64,000 nt of DNA from contig CAVYGB010000002.1 of NCBI GenBank assembly GCA_963767925.1, positions 1,632,001-1,696,000 of the forward strand, read 5' to 3'. The stretch is from an uncultured delta proteobacterium. Lineage in GTDB: Bacteria; Myxococcota_A; Polyangia; Fen-1088. Position numbers and translations under genes: made by a program. Shown here piece by piece: positions 11,522-20,747 of this stretch (position 1 is its first letter; the number at the start of each line of letters is the position of its first letter). Under the pieces are notes generated by a model. It saw nothing but the letters and a program-made list of their open reading frames with translations, had not been told where the DNA came from and made no database searches.

Positions 11522-12679
11522 ATGCGGTTCGAGTTCGCCACGGGCACACGCATCCGGTTCGGCGCAGGCGCCGTCGCCGACGTCCCGCAAATCGTGCGCG
11601 GGCTGGCGGTCCGGCGGGTCCTCCTTGTCACCGGGCGCACGCCCGAGCGGGCCGAACGCGTGCGTCAGGGCCTGCGCGCCGACGACCACGACCTGCTCGA
11701 ACTGGCGGTGACCGGCGAGCCCACCATCGAGCTGGTGCGCATGGCCGCCCAGCGGGCCATCGTGCAGCGCTGCGAGGCGGTGGTGGCCTTCGGCGGCGGC
11801 AGCGTCATCGACACGGCCAAGGCGGTGGCGGCGCTGGTGGCCAACCGGGGTGACCCGCGCGACTACCTCGAGGTGATCGGTCGCGGGCGCACGCTGGAGC
11901 GGACCTCCCTGCCGGTGGTGGCGATCCCCACCACCGCGGGCACCGGGGCCGAGGTCACCCGCAACGCCGTCCTGCTCTCGCGGCACGAGCGCACCAAGGC
12001 GAGCATGCGTTCGCCCACCCTGGCCCCGCTGGCGGCGGTCATCGATCCCGATCTGCTGGCCGGGGCCCCGCCCGCGCTGCTGCTGGCCACCGGCTTCGAT
12101 GCCCTCTCGCAGCTCATCGAGCCCTTCCTCTCGGCCCGGGCCAGCCCGCTCACCGACGCCTGGGCCCGCGAGGGCATACGGCGCTCGGTGCGCTCGCTGC
12201 GCCGGGCGGTGCTGGAGGGCCCCGACGCGGCGGCGCGCGAGGACCTGGCCATGGCCAGCCTGCTCGGGGGGCTGTGCCTGGCCAACGCCGGACTGGGAGC
12301 CGTGCACGGCTTCGCCGCCCCCGCCGGCGGCATGCTCGACGCCCCCCACGGCGCCGTTTGCGCCGCCCTGCTGGCCCCCGTCCTGGCCGTGAACCTGCAG
12401 GCCATCGCCGCGCGCGCGCCCGGCCACCGCAGCTTGCCCCGCTTCGCGGAGCTGGCGACCCTGCTCACCGGCCGCGGCACCGCCGACGTCCAGCAGAGCG
12501 TCCCCTTCCTCGAGGCCCTGGCCCGTGACCTGGGGGTGCCCGGCCTGGGCCGCATGGGCCTCACCGACTCCGAGATCCCCGGACTGCTCGATCGCGCCCG
12601 CCGCACCAACAGCCTGCGCGGCAACCCGATCGAGCTCACCGACGAAGAGCTCGCCGAGATCCCCCAGCGCGCCCTCTGA
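11522..12679 (+). CDS. Iron-containing alcohol dehydrogenase
   Basis: GGGSVIDTAK, IPTTAGTGAEVT, GLGAVHG, PHGAVCA. Confidence 0.93.
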   Translation: MRFEFATGTRIRFGAGAVADVPQIVRGLAVRRVLLVTGRTPERAERVRQGLRADDHDLLELAVTGEPTIELVRMAAQRAIVQRCEAVVAFGGGSVIDTAKAVAALVANRGDPRDYLEVIGRGRTLERTSLPVVAIPTTAGTGAEVTRNAVLLSRHERTKASMRSPTLAPLAAVIDPDLLAGAPPALLLATGFDALSQLIEPFLSARASPLTDAWAREGIRRSVRSLRRAVLEGPDAAAREDLAMASLLGGLCLANAGLGAVHGFAAPAGGMLDAPHGAVCAALLAPVLAVNLQAIAARAPGHRSLPRFAELATLLTGRGTADVQQSVPFLEALARDLGVPGLGRMGLTDSEIPGLLDRARRTNSLRGNPIELTDEELAEIPQRAL

Positions 12680-12777
12680 CCCTGCAGCGAGCCGCAGTTT
12701 TCCTCCTCACCGTCGAATCGCCCTTCCCTCGGCTCGAGGAATGAACAGCTTCCTGATGATCGTTGGGAGGTGACCAC

Positions 12778-13128
12778 ATGGCAAACCGGTCGAAGGGCAA
12801 GATGGGTACATTGGGCGAGGACCTGGACGCTGCGGATCGCGATGAGCGAAGCGCGTCCGGCGCTCCGGGCGCCGTCCTGGGCGAGGGCGAGTCGGTCGGC
12901 CCCTGGTCGGACGAGGAAGAGGAGGCAAACGCCTTCGATGCCGCTTCGGACCAGGAGCACGAAGACGCCGACGAAGACAGCGATGAAGACGCTGACGACG
13001 ACGAAGGTGAGGACCTCGAGACGGAGACCGGTTATCAGGCCGCCCTGGCCGAGGAGGTGACGGGGGACGAGTCACCCGTGGATCCTCCGAGCTCGCCTCC
13101 GAGCCCGAAGCGCCGTCGCAGCCATTGA
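12778..13128 (+). CDS. Small highly acidic, probably disordered protein
   Basis: GGAGG RBS at 12766-12770. D/E-rich core with basic termini. Confidence 0.7.
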   Translation: MANRSKGKMGTLGEDLDAADRDERSASGAPGAVLGEGESVGPWSDEEEEANAFDAASDQEHEDADEDSDEDADDDEGEDLETETGYQAALAEEVTGDESPVDPPSSPPSPKRRRSH

Positions 13129-13132
13129 CCCC

Positions 13133-13178
13133 TCGGCGTCCGAGCTCCGCGGAGCGCTGGCCCCGCGGAGCTCGACGT
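13133..13178. terminator. GC hairpin between convergent genes
   Basis: cgagctccgcgg...ccgcggagctcg inverted repeat between two stop codons. Confidence 0.55.
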
Positions 13179-13185
13179 CTCTTCA

Positions 13186-13689
13186 TCAGGTGCTGGGTTG
13201 CTGCCGCGACAGCTCCTCGGGGATGTCGTTGCGGGGCTCGGAGTCTTCCAGCTCGGTCTGCAGGGCCATCATCTCCTGGGCGATGGCCGCCAGCTCCTCC
13301 TTGTCGAGCACCTTGCGGGAGGCGGGAAACAGCGACCCCTCTTCCTCCTCCACGTGGTGCTCGACCTGCTCCTTGAGCACCTTGACCTGGGCGTCGAAGG
13401 TCGGCTCGCTCGGATCCGCTTCGAGCAGATCGGCCAGCAGCCGCTTGACGCTCGTGTGCTCGACGAAGGCCTCTAGGACCATGTCCTCGGTCTTCTTGTC
13501 CTGGACCGCCGGATAGAAGAACTCCTCCTCGATGCGGGCGTGGACGGCCAGCTTGTCGGCCAGGTCCTCGAAGAGGGCGGCCTTGTCCTTGGGGTCCTCC
13601 GCCCCCTCGATCTCCTTGAACAGCTTCTCCACCTCGCGGTGCTGCGCGCTCAGCATCTCGATCGCGTCGATCTCTTTCTTGGTTGCCAT
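13186..13689 (-). CDS. Hemerythrin (HHE) domain protein
   Basis: DAIEMLSAQHREV, HARIEEEFFYP, EH, HHVEEEE motifs. Confidence 0.92.
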   Translation of the reverse strand: MATKKEIDAIEMLSAQHREVEKLFKEIEGAEDPKDKAALFEDLADKLAVHARIEEEFFYPAVQDKKTEDMVLEAFVEHTSVKRLLADLLEADPSEPTFDAQVKVLKEQVEHHVEEEEGSLFPASRKVLDKEELAAIAQEMMALQTELEDSEPRNDIPEELSRQQPST

Positions 13690-13897
13690 CTTTGTGAATC
13701 CTCCAGCTGCCTCGTACAGCAGAAGGTGTGCCAGGCCCGCGGCCCGAAAAACTCAGCAAAATCCCGCATCTCCGGCGCCGTCTGTGGCGACCCGGTAACC
13801 GCCCGCACCGGTTCGTGACGACATGCCGGCCGTTGCCTCGTCGCGAGTCGCGGCGCGATCGCCACGGCGACGGGCCGTGGCGCGTGACCGCCGGGCG

Positions 13898-13948
13898 AAA
13901 AAAAAACAGGGAGCAACCGAGCCGGCGGGCGGCCCGGTTGCTCCCTGT
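13898..13948 (-). terminator. Rho-independent terminator
   Basis: Stem acagggagcaaccg / cggttgctccctgt with an A9 run (U tract on the minus strand), downstream of 14000..14824. Confidence 0.85.
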
Positions 13949-13999
13949 GATTCCTCTCATTTTCCGTCGAGGGACCGTGAGGCCGCGCGTGCCCGGCGG

Positions 14000-14824
14000 T
14001 CAGATCCGGAAGTGCAGCAGGAGGCTCAGCGAGCGGTAGTCGGTGCGGTCGACGCCCGGGGGCTGGTTGCCCAGCAGGTTGTCGAAGCTGAAGCGCGCGC
14101 CCACGTCGACGCTCTCGTTGACGTTGAAGATCACGCCCAGGCCGAACGGCGCCTGGTAGGTGTCACCGAAGTTCGACAGCGGTCCGGTCACGCCGCTCAG
14201 GATCTTGAACACGCTGGTGTCCGACAGCTGAAACTGCAGCTCGATCGGCAGGAACAGCCAGTTGGGGTTGCCGGCGTCCCGTTCGGTCAGGGCGATGCCG
14301 ATCTGGGGGTCGAAGAACAGGGCGAAGGCGTCGGAGAAGTGGATCTTGCCGGCCGCGCCCACCGTCAACATCAGGTAGCGCGGATCTTCGATCTGCAGGG
14401 CGTAGAGGCCCGTGTGCAGCGACAGGTGAAAGTCCGGGCTGTAGGCCAGGCCGATCAAGGCGTCGACGCCCACGTTGTCGTAGACCTGGGGACAGCGGCC
14501 GTCGGTGCCGCTGAGACAGAGGCCGGCTCCCGGCAACGTCTGCCAGCCCATGGGCAGGTTGTGCACGAGCCCGAGCTGGAAGGTGTCGCTGAAGCTGAAG
14601 TAGAAGTCGGGGGCCAGCGACACGGGCTCGCCCACCGAACCTTCGGTCATGTTGACGTGCAACAGGATGCGCGAATGGAAGAGCCCGGCAGGGCCCTGCA
14701 CGCCCCGCTGGACCGACTCCATGCCCATGGGCGCGTTGCTGACCGGCGGGACATCGACCTGGGCAGCCGCGATCCCCGGCACGGCGAGCAACCCGAGAAC
14801 AAGAGACGCTTGTGAGATACGCAT
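14000..14824 (-). CDS. Putative outer-membrane beta-barrel protein
   Basis: Signal MRISQASLVLGLLAVPGIAAA-Q, alternating beta strands, C-terminal LLLHFRI. Confidence 0.75.
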   Translation of the reverse strand: MRISQASLVLGLLAVPGIAAAQVDVPPVSNAPMGMESVQRGVQGPAGLFHSRILLHVNMTEGSVGEPVSLAPDFYFSFSDTFQLGLVHNLPMGWQTLPGAGLCLSGTDGRCPQVYDNVGVDALIGLAYSPDFHLSLHTGLYALQIEDPRYLMLTVGAAGKIHFSDAFALFFDPQIGIALTERDAGNPNWLFLPIELQFQLSDTSVFKILSGVTGPLSNFGDTYQAPFGLGVIFNVNESVDVGARFSFDNLLGNQPPGVDRTDYRSLSLLLHFRI

Positions 14825-14992
14825 GTCCGACAATGTGCGTCCGGTGACGGCCGTCGGTGATCGGGACCATCCTGGGGGGTAGTCCCCGTCCCCGGGGGCT
14901 CCGATCGGGCCGTCCGGAGCGGATGGACATGCCTTGCACGCCCGGCTCCGGTCACGGCGCTCGGCCTGGCCGCATACTCCAGGTCGCGGCGG

Positions 14993-15030
14993 CAAAGAAA
15001 AAGGGGCGGCGGCCTTCCGGCCCCGCCCCC
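14993..15030 (-). terminator. Rho-independent terminator
   Basis: aaagaaaaa followed by the hairpin ggggcggcggcc-ttcc-ggccccgcccc, downstream of the BON gene. Confidence 0.75.
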
Positions 15031-15050
15031 TCGTGCCGCCCAGGGCGCGA

Positions 15051-15749
15051 CTAAGGTATCAGCGGCTCGGCGCGCTGGGTGGACCCGGGAGGGGTCTTGG
15101 GAGGCGCCGGCGGGGTGCGCTTCTCGGTCAGATCCGGCGGCAACCGGTCCGGGACCGACAGATCCGGGCGCTCCGCGGGGGGCGCCTGGGCCGGGTCGGT
15201 CGCGCTCGGGGTGGGCCACTCGGGCTGGGCCGGGTCGGGCCGGGCCGGCGGCGGCAGCAGGCTGGGCGTGGTGGTCGAGCGGCGCTCGGTGGGCGCGGGC
15301 TGGACCGGGTCGTTCGGGTCGGGGGCCCGGCGCTCGCTGGGCGCCGGGGTGGTTGCCTCGCGCGGGCGCGTGCTCTTGCGCTTGGCGGGGTCACCGGCCG
15401 GCCGGGCCGCCTCCTTGCTGCCGCGGACGAAGATCTGGTTGTCGACCTCGTCCACGCCCTTGACCGACTCGGCGGCCCGCTGGGCGGCGGCCTTGTCCTT
15501 CGCGGTCGCGGTCGTACCGGTGAGGATGACCTTGCCGCTCATCACCGTCACGTCGAGGCCCTGCGCCTTGAGCGTGGCGTCCTTGTCGAAGCGGGTCTCG
15601 ACCTGCTTTTCAAGGTTCGCGTCGCGCGCCTGTGAGGTCTCGTCCCGGCTCGTGTTCAGCTCGGGCTGCTCGGCCCGGGCCACATCAGATCCACCGAGGA
15701 GAACGCACAGCGCGGCGGTCCCCAGGCACCACCCCTGATGTCCTTGCAT
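15051..15749 (-). CDS. BON-domain protein with Pro-rich tail
   Basis: Signal peptide. Domain DANLEKQVETRF...GKVILTG...AESVKGVDEVDNQI. Confidence 0.88.
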   Translation of the reverse strand: MQGHQGWCLGTAALCVLLGGSDVARAEQPELNTSRDETSQARDANLEKQVETRFDKDATLKAQGLDVTVMSGKVILTGTTATAKDKAAAQRAAESVKGVDEVDNQIFVRGSKEAARPAGDPAKRKSTRPREATTPAPSERRAPDPNDPVQPAPTERRSTTTPSLLPPPARPDPAQPEWPTPSATDPAQAPPAERPDLSVPDRLPPDLTEKRTPPAPPKTPPGSTQRAEPLIP

Positions 15750-15941
15750 GGTCATCCTTCCTTCCGCGGCGGCAAGAGTTCAATCCGCATGCCGGCGGCG
15801 ACGGCCCTCGAAATACCGATAAACCGCACGCCCGCCGGCTCCGGTCCTCGGAGCCGTTACGGAGGCACCACCGGACGTTACGCCGGCACGACCCGGCCAA
15901 CGCGCGCCAGCAGGCCCGCGCGGGCCCGGCGCCCGCGCGCT

Positions 15942-16763
15942 TCAGAGCGGGCGAGGGGATTTCAGCGAGGCGGCCTGGTATCCCACGTTCTCCTGCATCG
16001 AGGAGGCGGGGGCGCAGGGCGGGGCGGGCTCGCCGGCGGCGGGCGGCTCGGCGGGGCGGGCGCGGGTGGTGGTGAAGCGCTCGAGGCGCGTGCGGAACAG
16101 CAGCTCGAAGTCGACGGTCTGCTCGCTCACACAGCCGTCGGGCTCGACCGTGGTCTGGTCGCCCGGCCCCCACCACAGCACCTTGGGCGGGGCGTGGGCC
16201 ACGAGCTGCAGCAGCACCCCGATCTCGCGCGACTCGGGCCGGGCGGTCGTGCCGCCGGTGCCGACCACGCCCATGCGCACCAGGCTGCGGTCGCTGCGCG
16301 TGCGGCGGATCTTCACGCCCACCTCGCGGCTCGACCGGATGAGCGCCTCGATCTCCCTGGCCGGCGCCGGCTCGACCTCGTACACCAGCGTGCGCGAGTG
16401 GGGGCCCCCGGTGAGAAAGTGGAAGGTGGGCAGGGCGGGGCCCTTCTCGGCGAAGGTGAGGGCGGCCGCGCCCCAGTAAAACCCTTCGTAGAGGACCGCG
16501 CAGTCGCTGCGCACGGCCCGCGCCGCCGCCCGCTTGCCCCGGGTGCCGGCGCCGCCGGGGGGGCGGGACAGGCCAGCGAACGTCTCGGCGGGGGGGCAGG
16601 TGATGGGGGCGGCGTCCGGTCGCTGGGCGACGATGGGTCGGGCCGCCGCCGGGGCCGGCGCCGCGGCGGGGGCCGGTGGGGGCGGCGCCTTCTTGCAGGC
16701 GAGCGCCAGCGAGGACGCCGCCAGGCCGAGCATGCAGAGAAACACCGAGCGCTGGGCGGTCAC
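15942..16763 (-). CDS. Hypothetical lipoprotein
   Basis: Lipobox LALAC-KK, Pro/Ala linker, Cys-containing domain. Start uncertain. Confidence 0.7.
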   Translation of the reverse strand: MTAQRSVFLCMLGLAASSLALACKKAPPPPAPAAAPAPAAARPIVAQRPDAAPITCPPAETFAGLSRPPGGAGTRGKRAAARAVRSDCAVLYEGFYWGAAALTFAEKGPALPTFHFLTGGPHSRTLVYEVEPAPAREIEALIRSSREVGVKIRRTRSDRSLVRMGVVGTGGTTARPESREIGVLLQLVAHAPPKVLWWGPGDQTTVEPDGCVSEQTVDFELLFRTRLERFTTTRARPAEPPAAGEPAPPCAPASSMQENVGYQAASLKSPRPL

Positions 16764-16832
16764 GGCGGGCGACCCTACCACCGCCGCCGCTTGCACGCAC
16801 CGGTCGATGACCGGATACTCGAATGACCTCGC

Positions 16833-18206
16833 ATGGCCCAGACCATCTCGACCGCGAAGGAAGCCATCGATCGGGTGAGGCAGTCACCCGCCACAAAGGT
16901 GAAGATCGCGGTCGTCGACATCGACGGGGTGCTGCGCGGCAAATACGTCCACAAGGACAAGTTCATGTCCGCGGTCGAGGGCGGCATGGGATTTTGCAAC
17001 GTCGTGTTCGGCTGGGACAGCGGCGACGTCTGCTACGACAACGCCCGCTACACCGGCTGGCACACCGGCTACCCCGACGCCCTCGCGAAGATCGACCTCG
17101 CGACCTACCGCGAGGTCCCCTGGGACAACAAGGTCCCCTTCTTCCTCGCCGACTTCGAGACCGAGGCGGGCGCCCCCCTCGGGATCTGTCCCCGCCAGCT
17201 CCTCAAGAAGGTCATCGCCCGCGCGCGCGCGGCCGGCCTTCACCCGCTGATGTCGCTGGAGTACGAGTGGTTCAACTTCCGCGAGACCTCGCAGTCGATG
17301 GCCGACAAGGGCTACGCCTCGCCGCAGCCGCTGACCCCCGGGATGTTCGGCTACTCGATCCTGCGCCTCAACCAGAACCACCCCTTCGTCAACGCCCTGT
17401 TCGACGAGATGGCCGCCTTCAACGTCCCAATCGAGGGCCTGCACACCGAGACCGGGCCCGGCGTGTTCGAGGTGGCGCTCCTCTATTGTGACCCGCTCGA
17501 GGCGGCCGACCGGGCGGTGCTGTTCAAGACCGGGGCCAAGGAGATCGGCCACCGCTTCGGGATCATGCCGACCTTCATGGCCAAGTGGAACCCCGACTTG
17601 CCCGGCTGCAGCGGCCACATCCACCAGTCGCTCTGGGACGCCGACCACAAGACCAACCTGTTTCACGACCCGGCCCGCCCCCACCACATGAGCCCCCTGT
17701 TCGAGAGCTACCTGGCCGGCCAGCTCCAGACCATGGTCGACCTGCTGCCGCTGTTCGCCCCCACCATCAACAGCTACAAGCGCCTCACCGAGGGGGCCTG
17801 GGCCCCCACCCGGGCCAACTGGGGCGTCGACAACCGCACCACCGCCCTGCGGGTCATCCCGGGCAGCGCCAGGTCGACCCGCCTCGAGACCCGGGTCAAC
17901 GGCTCGGACACGAACCCTTACCTGGCCCTGGCGGCGGCCCTGGCCGGCGGCCTGCACGGCATCGAGCGCAAGCTCACCCTGCCCCGCGGCCCCGTGCAGG
18001 GGAGCGGCTACGCCGACAGTGCGGCGACGGTCCTGCCCCGCAACCTCGACGAGGCGACCAACCGCCTCGACAAGTCGGAGGTCGCGCGCGAGCTGCTGGG
18101 GTCCGAGTTCGTCGATCACTTCGTGGCCAGTCGGCGCTGGGAGTGGCGGCAGTGGAGCCGCGCCGTCACGAGCTGGGAGCTGGCTCGATATTTCGAGATC
18201 ATCTGA
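16833..18206 (+). CDS. Glutamine synthetase-like gamma-glutamyl-amine ligase
   Basis: DIDGVLRGK, HTETGPGVFE, GCSGHIHQS, NSYKRL, WGVDNRT, ETRVNGSDTNPY. First gene of a catabolic operon. Confidence 0.92.
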   Translation: MAQTISTAKEAIDRVRQSPATKVKIAVVDIDGVLRGKYVHKDKFMSAVEGGMGFCNVVFGWDSGDVCYDNARYTGWHTGYPDALAKIDLATYREVPWDNKVPFFLADFETEAGAPLGICPRQLLKKVIARARAAGLHPLMSLEYEWFNFRETSQSMADKGYASPQPLTPGMFGYSILRLNQNHPFVNALFDEMAAFNVPIEGLHTETGPGVFEVALLYCDPLEAADRAVLFKTGAKEIGHRFGIMPTFMAKWNPDLPGCSGHIHQSLWDADHKTNLFHDPARPHHMSPLFESYLAGQLQTMVDLLPLFAPTINSYKRLTEGAWAPTRANWGVDNRTTALRVIPGSARSTRLETRVNGSDTNPYLALAAALAGGLHGIERKLTLPRGPVQGSGYADSAATVLPRNLDEATNRLDKSEVARELLGSEFVDHFVASRRWEWRQWSRAVTSWELARYFEII

Positions 18207-18244
18207 CGATATAGCCCGGACGACCTAGCGACGAGGGGGCACCC

Positions 18245-19441
18245 ATGGCGATCCACGGTTTCAACTTTCCCACCCGCATCCTCTATGGCGCCGAGGCGAT
18301 CGGCCTGCTGCCCGGCCTGCTCACCGAGCTCGAGAGCCGCCGCCCGCTCCTCGTCACCGATCGCCAGCTCGCCGAGCTGCGGCCGGTGACCGGCACCCGC
18401 AAGCTGCTCGACGACGCCGGCCTGGCCCCCGCGGTCTTCTCCGGCATCTGGGGCAACCCGGTCAAGTCGCAGGTCAGCGCCGGGGTGGCCGCCTACCAGG
18501 CCCACAAGGCCGACGCCGTCGTCGCCCTCGGCGGCGGCGCCGCCATCGACGTGGCGAAGGCCATCTTGCTGATGGTCAACCACCCCGGCGACCTGTTCGA
18601 CTACGAAGACGGCAAGCCCGACGCCCGCCCCATCGACCGCGCGCTGCCCCCCTTCCTGGCCGTCCCCACCACCGCCGGCACCGGCAGCGAGGTCGGCCGC
18701 AGCACCGTCATCTCCGACGACGACAGCAAGGTGAAGAAGATCATCTTCTCCCCCCGCTTGCTGGCGGTGCGCGTGCTGATCGATCCCGACCTCACCCTGG
18801 GGCTGCCCGCCGGGGCCACCGCCTCGACCGGCATGGACGCCGTCACCCACCTCGTCGAGGCCTACCTGGCCAAGGACTTCCACCCGATGTGCGAGGGGAT
18901 CGCCCTGCAGGGGCTGCGCCTGGTGGCGCCCAACCTCCCCCGCTGCGTCGACTACGCCCGCAAGATGGCGAGCGGCGACCGCCAGCTCATGTCCGACGAG
19001 GCCCACCGGGAGGCCCGGGGGCTCATGCTCAACGCCGCCATGATGGGCGGGGTGGCCTTCCAGAAGGGCCTCGGTGTCACCCACTCGCTGGCCCACGCGC
19101 TGTCGACGGTGTGCGACCTGCACCACGGCCTGGCCAACGGCATCTGCATCTCCTACGCGATGGCCTTCAACCAGGACGTCGCCGCCCAGAAGATGGCCGA
19201 CATCGCCGCGGCGGTGGGGGCCAGGAGCGCCAGCGCCGCCGGCTTTCTCGGCTGGCTCGCCGAGCTGCGCGCCGCCATCGGCATCCCCAACACGCTGGCC
19301 GAGGCCGGGGTCAAGGCCGAGCACCTGCCCCGCCTGGTCGAGATCGCGGTCGCCGACGGCTGCCACGCCAACAACCCCAAGCCGGTCACCGCCGACAACT
19401 TCCGCACCCTCTTCCAGAACGCCCTCGCCGGCAAGCTGTAG
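18245..19441 (+). CDS. Iron-containing alcohol dehydrogenase
   Basis: GGGAAIDVAK, PTTAGTGSEVG, DAVTH, HSLAH, HHGLAN. Confidence 0.93.
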   Translation: MAIHGFNFPTRILYGAEAIGLLPGLLTELESRRPLLVTDRQLAELRPVTGTRKLLDDAGLAPAVFSGIWGNPVKSQVSAGVAAYQAHKADAVVALGGGAAIDVAKAILLMVNHPGDLFDYEDGKPDARPIDRALPPFLAVPTTAGTGSEVGRSTVISDDDSKVKKIIFSPRLLAVRVLIDPDLTLGLPAGATASTGMDAVTHLVEAYLAKDFHPMCEGIALQGLRLVAPNLPRCVDYARKMASGDRQLMSDEAHREARGLMLNAAMMGGVAFQKGLGVTHSLAHALSTVCDLHHGLANGICISYAMAFNQDVAAQKMADIAAAVGARSASAAGFLGWLAELRAAIGIPNTLAEAGVKAEHLPRLVEIAVADGCHANNPKPVTADNFRTLFQNALAGKL

Positions 19442-19504
19442 CGACCGCCGCGCGCCCCCCTCGGGGGGCGCCACCCGCCGCCCGCGACGAAGAGACGACC
19501 CACC

Positions 19505-19831
19505 ATGCCCATCCTGGAGTGCCGCCGGGTCGTCTTCTTCTCGCGGCTCGACGAAGCGGCCTTCTTCGGCCAGCTCGAGGCGAACCGGGCGGTGCGCAAG
19601 ATCGAGGCGGTGGGCGACACCATCCGCCTGCACGTCGCCAGGGCCCTCTCCGAGCCGGCGCTGCGGGATCTGCTCGCCACCTTCCACCGCTACAAGATCC
19701 GGATGGACCAGCTCGCCCAGCTCGCCTCCGATCGCAACCGGCCCTGGTTCACCGACCCCCGGGCCTACTGGCACCGCGGCGTCTTCGGCAAGCCGCCCCC
19801 CGCAGGACCGCGCCGCCCGCCGCGGCGGTAG
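19505..19831 (+). CDS. Small hypothetical protein
   Basis: Globular-looking 108 aa (FFSRLDEAAFF...LRDLLATFHRY...WF...AYWH) with high GC3 codon usage. Confidence 0.75.
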   Translation: MPILECRRVVFFSRLDEAAFFGQLEANRAVRKIEAVGDTIRLHVARALSEPALRDLLATFHRYKIRMDQLAQLASDRNRPWFTDPRAYWHRGVFGKPPPAGPRRPPRR

Positions 19832-19887
19832 CTCCGGAGGGCCGTTTCGGGTTTGCGCACGCCCGTCGGGCTTGGGAAAATGAAGGG

Positions 19888-20706
19888 GTGAGCACGAAGC
19901 GGCCGCTCATCGGCGTCTCGGCATCCTTCTTCCACCCCGATCCGGCGCGGGCCCTGTACAAGGGCAAGACCCTGGTCTACGCCGAGCAGTCGCTGCTGCA
20001 CTGGGTGATGTCGGCCGGCGCGGTGCCGGTGCTGCTGCCCACGGGGAGCGGGTCGCTGTTCGCCGCCGACATGGTCGAGCAGATCGACGGCCTGGTGCTG
20101 CAGGGCGGGGCCGACATGTCTCCGCGCAGCTACGGCTGTGAGCCGATCCGCCCCGAGTGGCAGGGCGATGCCCTGCGCGACGCCTACGAGATCGAGATCC
20201 TCAACCTGTGCATGGCCCGGAGCAAGCCGGTGCTGGGGGTGTGCCGGGGCACCCAGGTCATCAACGTGGCCCTCGGCGGCTCGCTGTACCAGGACATCGA
20301 GCTCGAGCACGAGCACGCCGACAAGCGGGTGCACCGCCTGTGGGAGGTCTACGATCAACACGCACACGAGATCCTGATCGAGCCCGGCTCCTGGCTGCAG
20401 CGCTGGTACGGCGGCGATCGCCCGCGGGCCCGGGTCAACAGCGTCCACCACCAGGGCATCCGCCGGCTGGGCCGCGGCCTGGTTGTCGAGGCCCGCTCGA
20501 TCCCCGACGGCATCGTCGAGGCGGTCCGGCTCGACCCGGGCGGTGAGCAGGGTCCCTGGGTCTACGGCGTGCAGTGGCACCCGGAGTTCATGCAACCGGT
20601 CCCGCCCGGCGGGCCGATCACGCCCCCGGCGGAGGCCAAGGACCTGCTCGATTCTCAGGTCCTGCTGCAGGCCTTCCTGCGCGCCGTCGAGGCCCGGCGC
20701 GCCTGA
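19888..20706 (+). CDS. Gamma-glutamyl-amide hydrolase (peptidase C26, PuuD-like)
   Basis: GTG start. DGLVLQGGAD, GVCRG nucleophile, VNSVHHQG, GVQWHPE. Confidence 0.92.
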   Translation: MSTKRPLIGVSASFFHPDPARALYKGKTLVYAEQSLLHWVMSAGAVPVLLPTGSGSLFAADMVEQIDGLVLQGGADMSPRSYGCEPIRPEWQGDALRDAYEIEILNLCMARSKPVLGVCRGTQVINVALGGSLYQDIELEHEHADKRVHRLWEVYDQHAHEILIEPGSWLQRWYGGDRPRARVNSVHHQGIRRLGRGLVVEARSIPDGIVEAVRLDPGGEQGPWVYGVQWHPEFMQPVPPGGPITPPAEAKDLLDSQVLLQAFLRAVEARRA

Positions 20707-20747
20707 CCGGCGGGAGGGGGCGGTGATACCATGGGGGCGGGGACACG

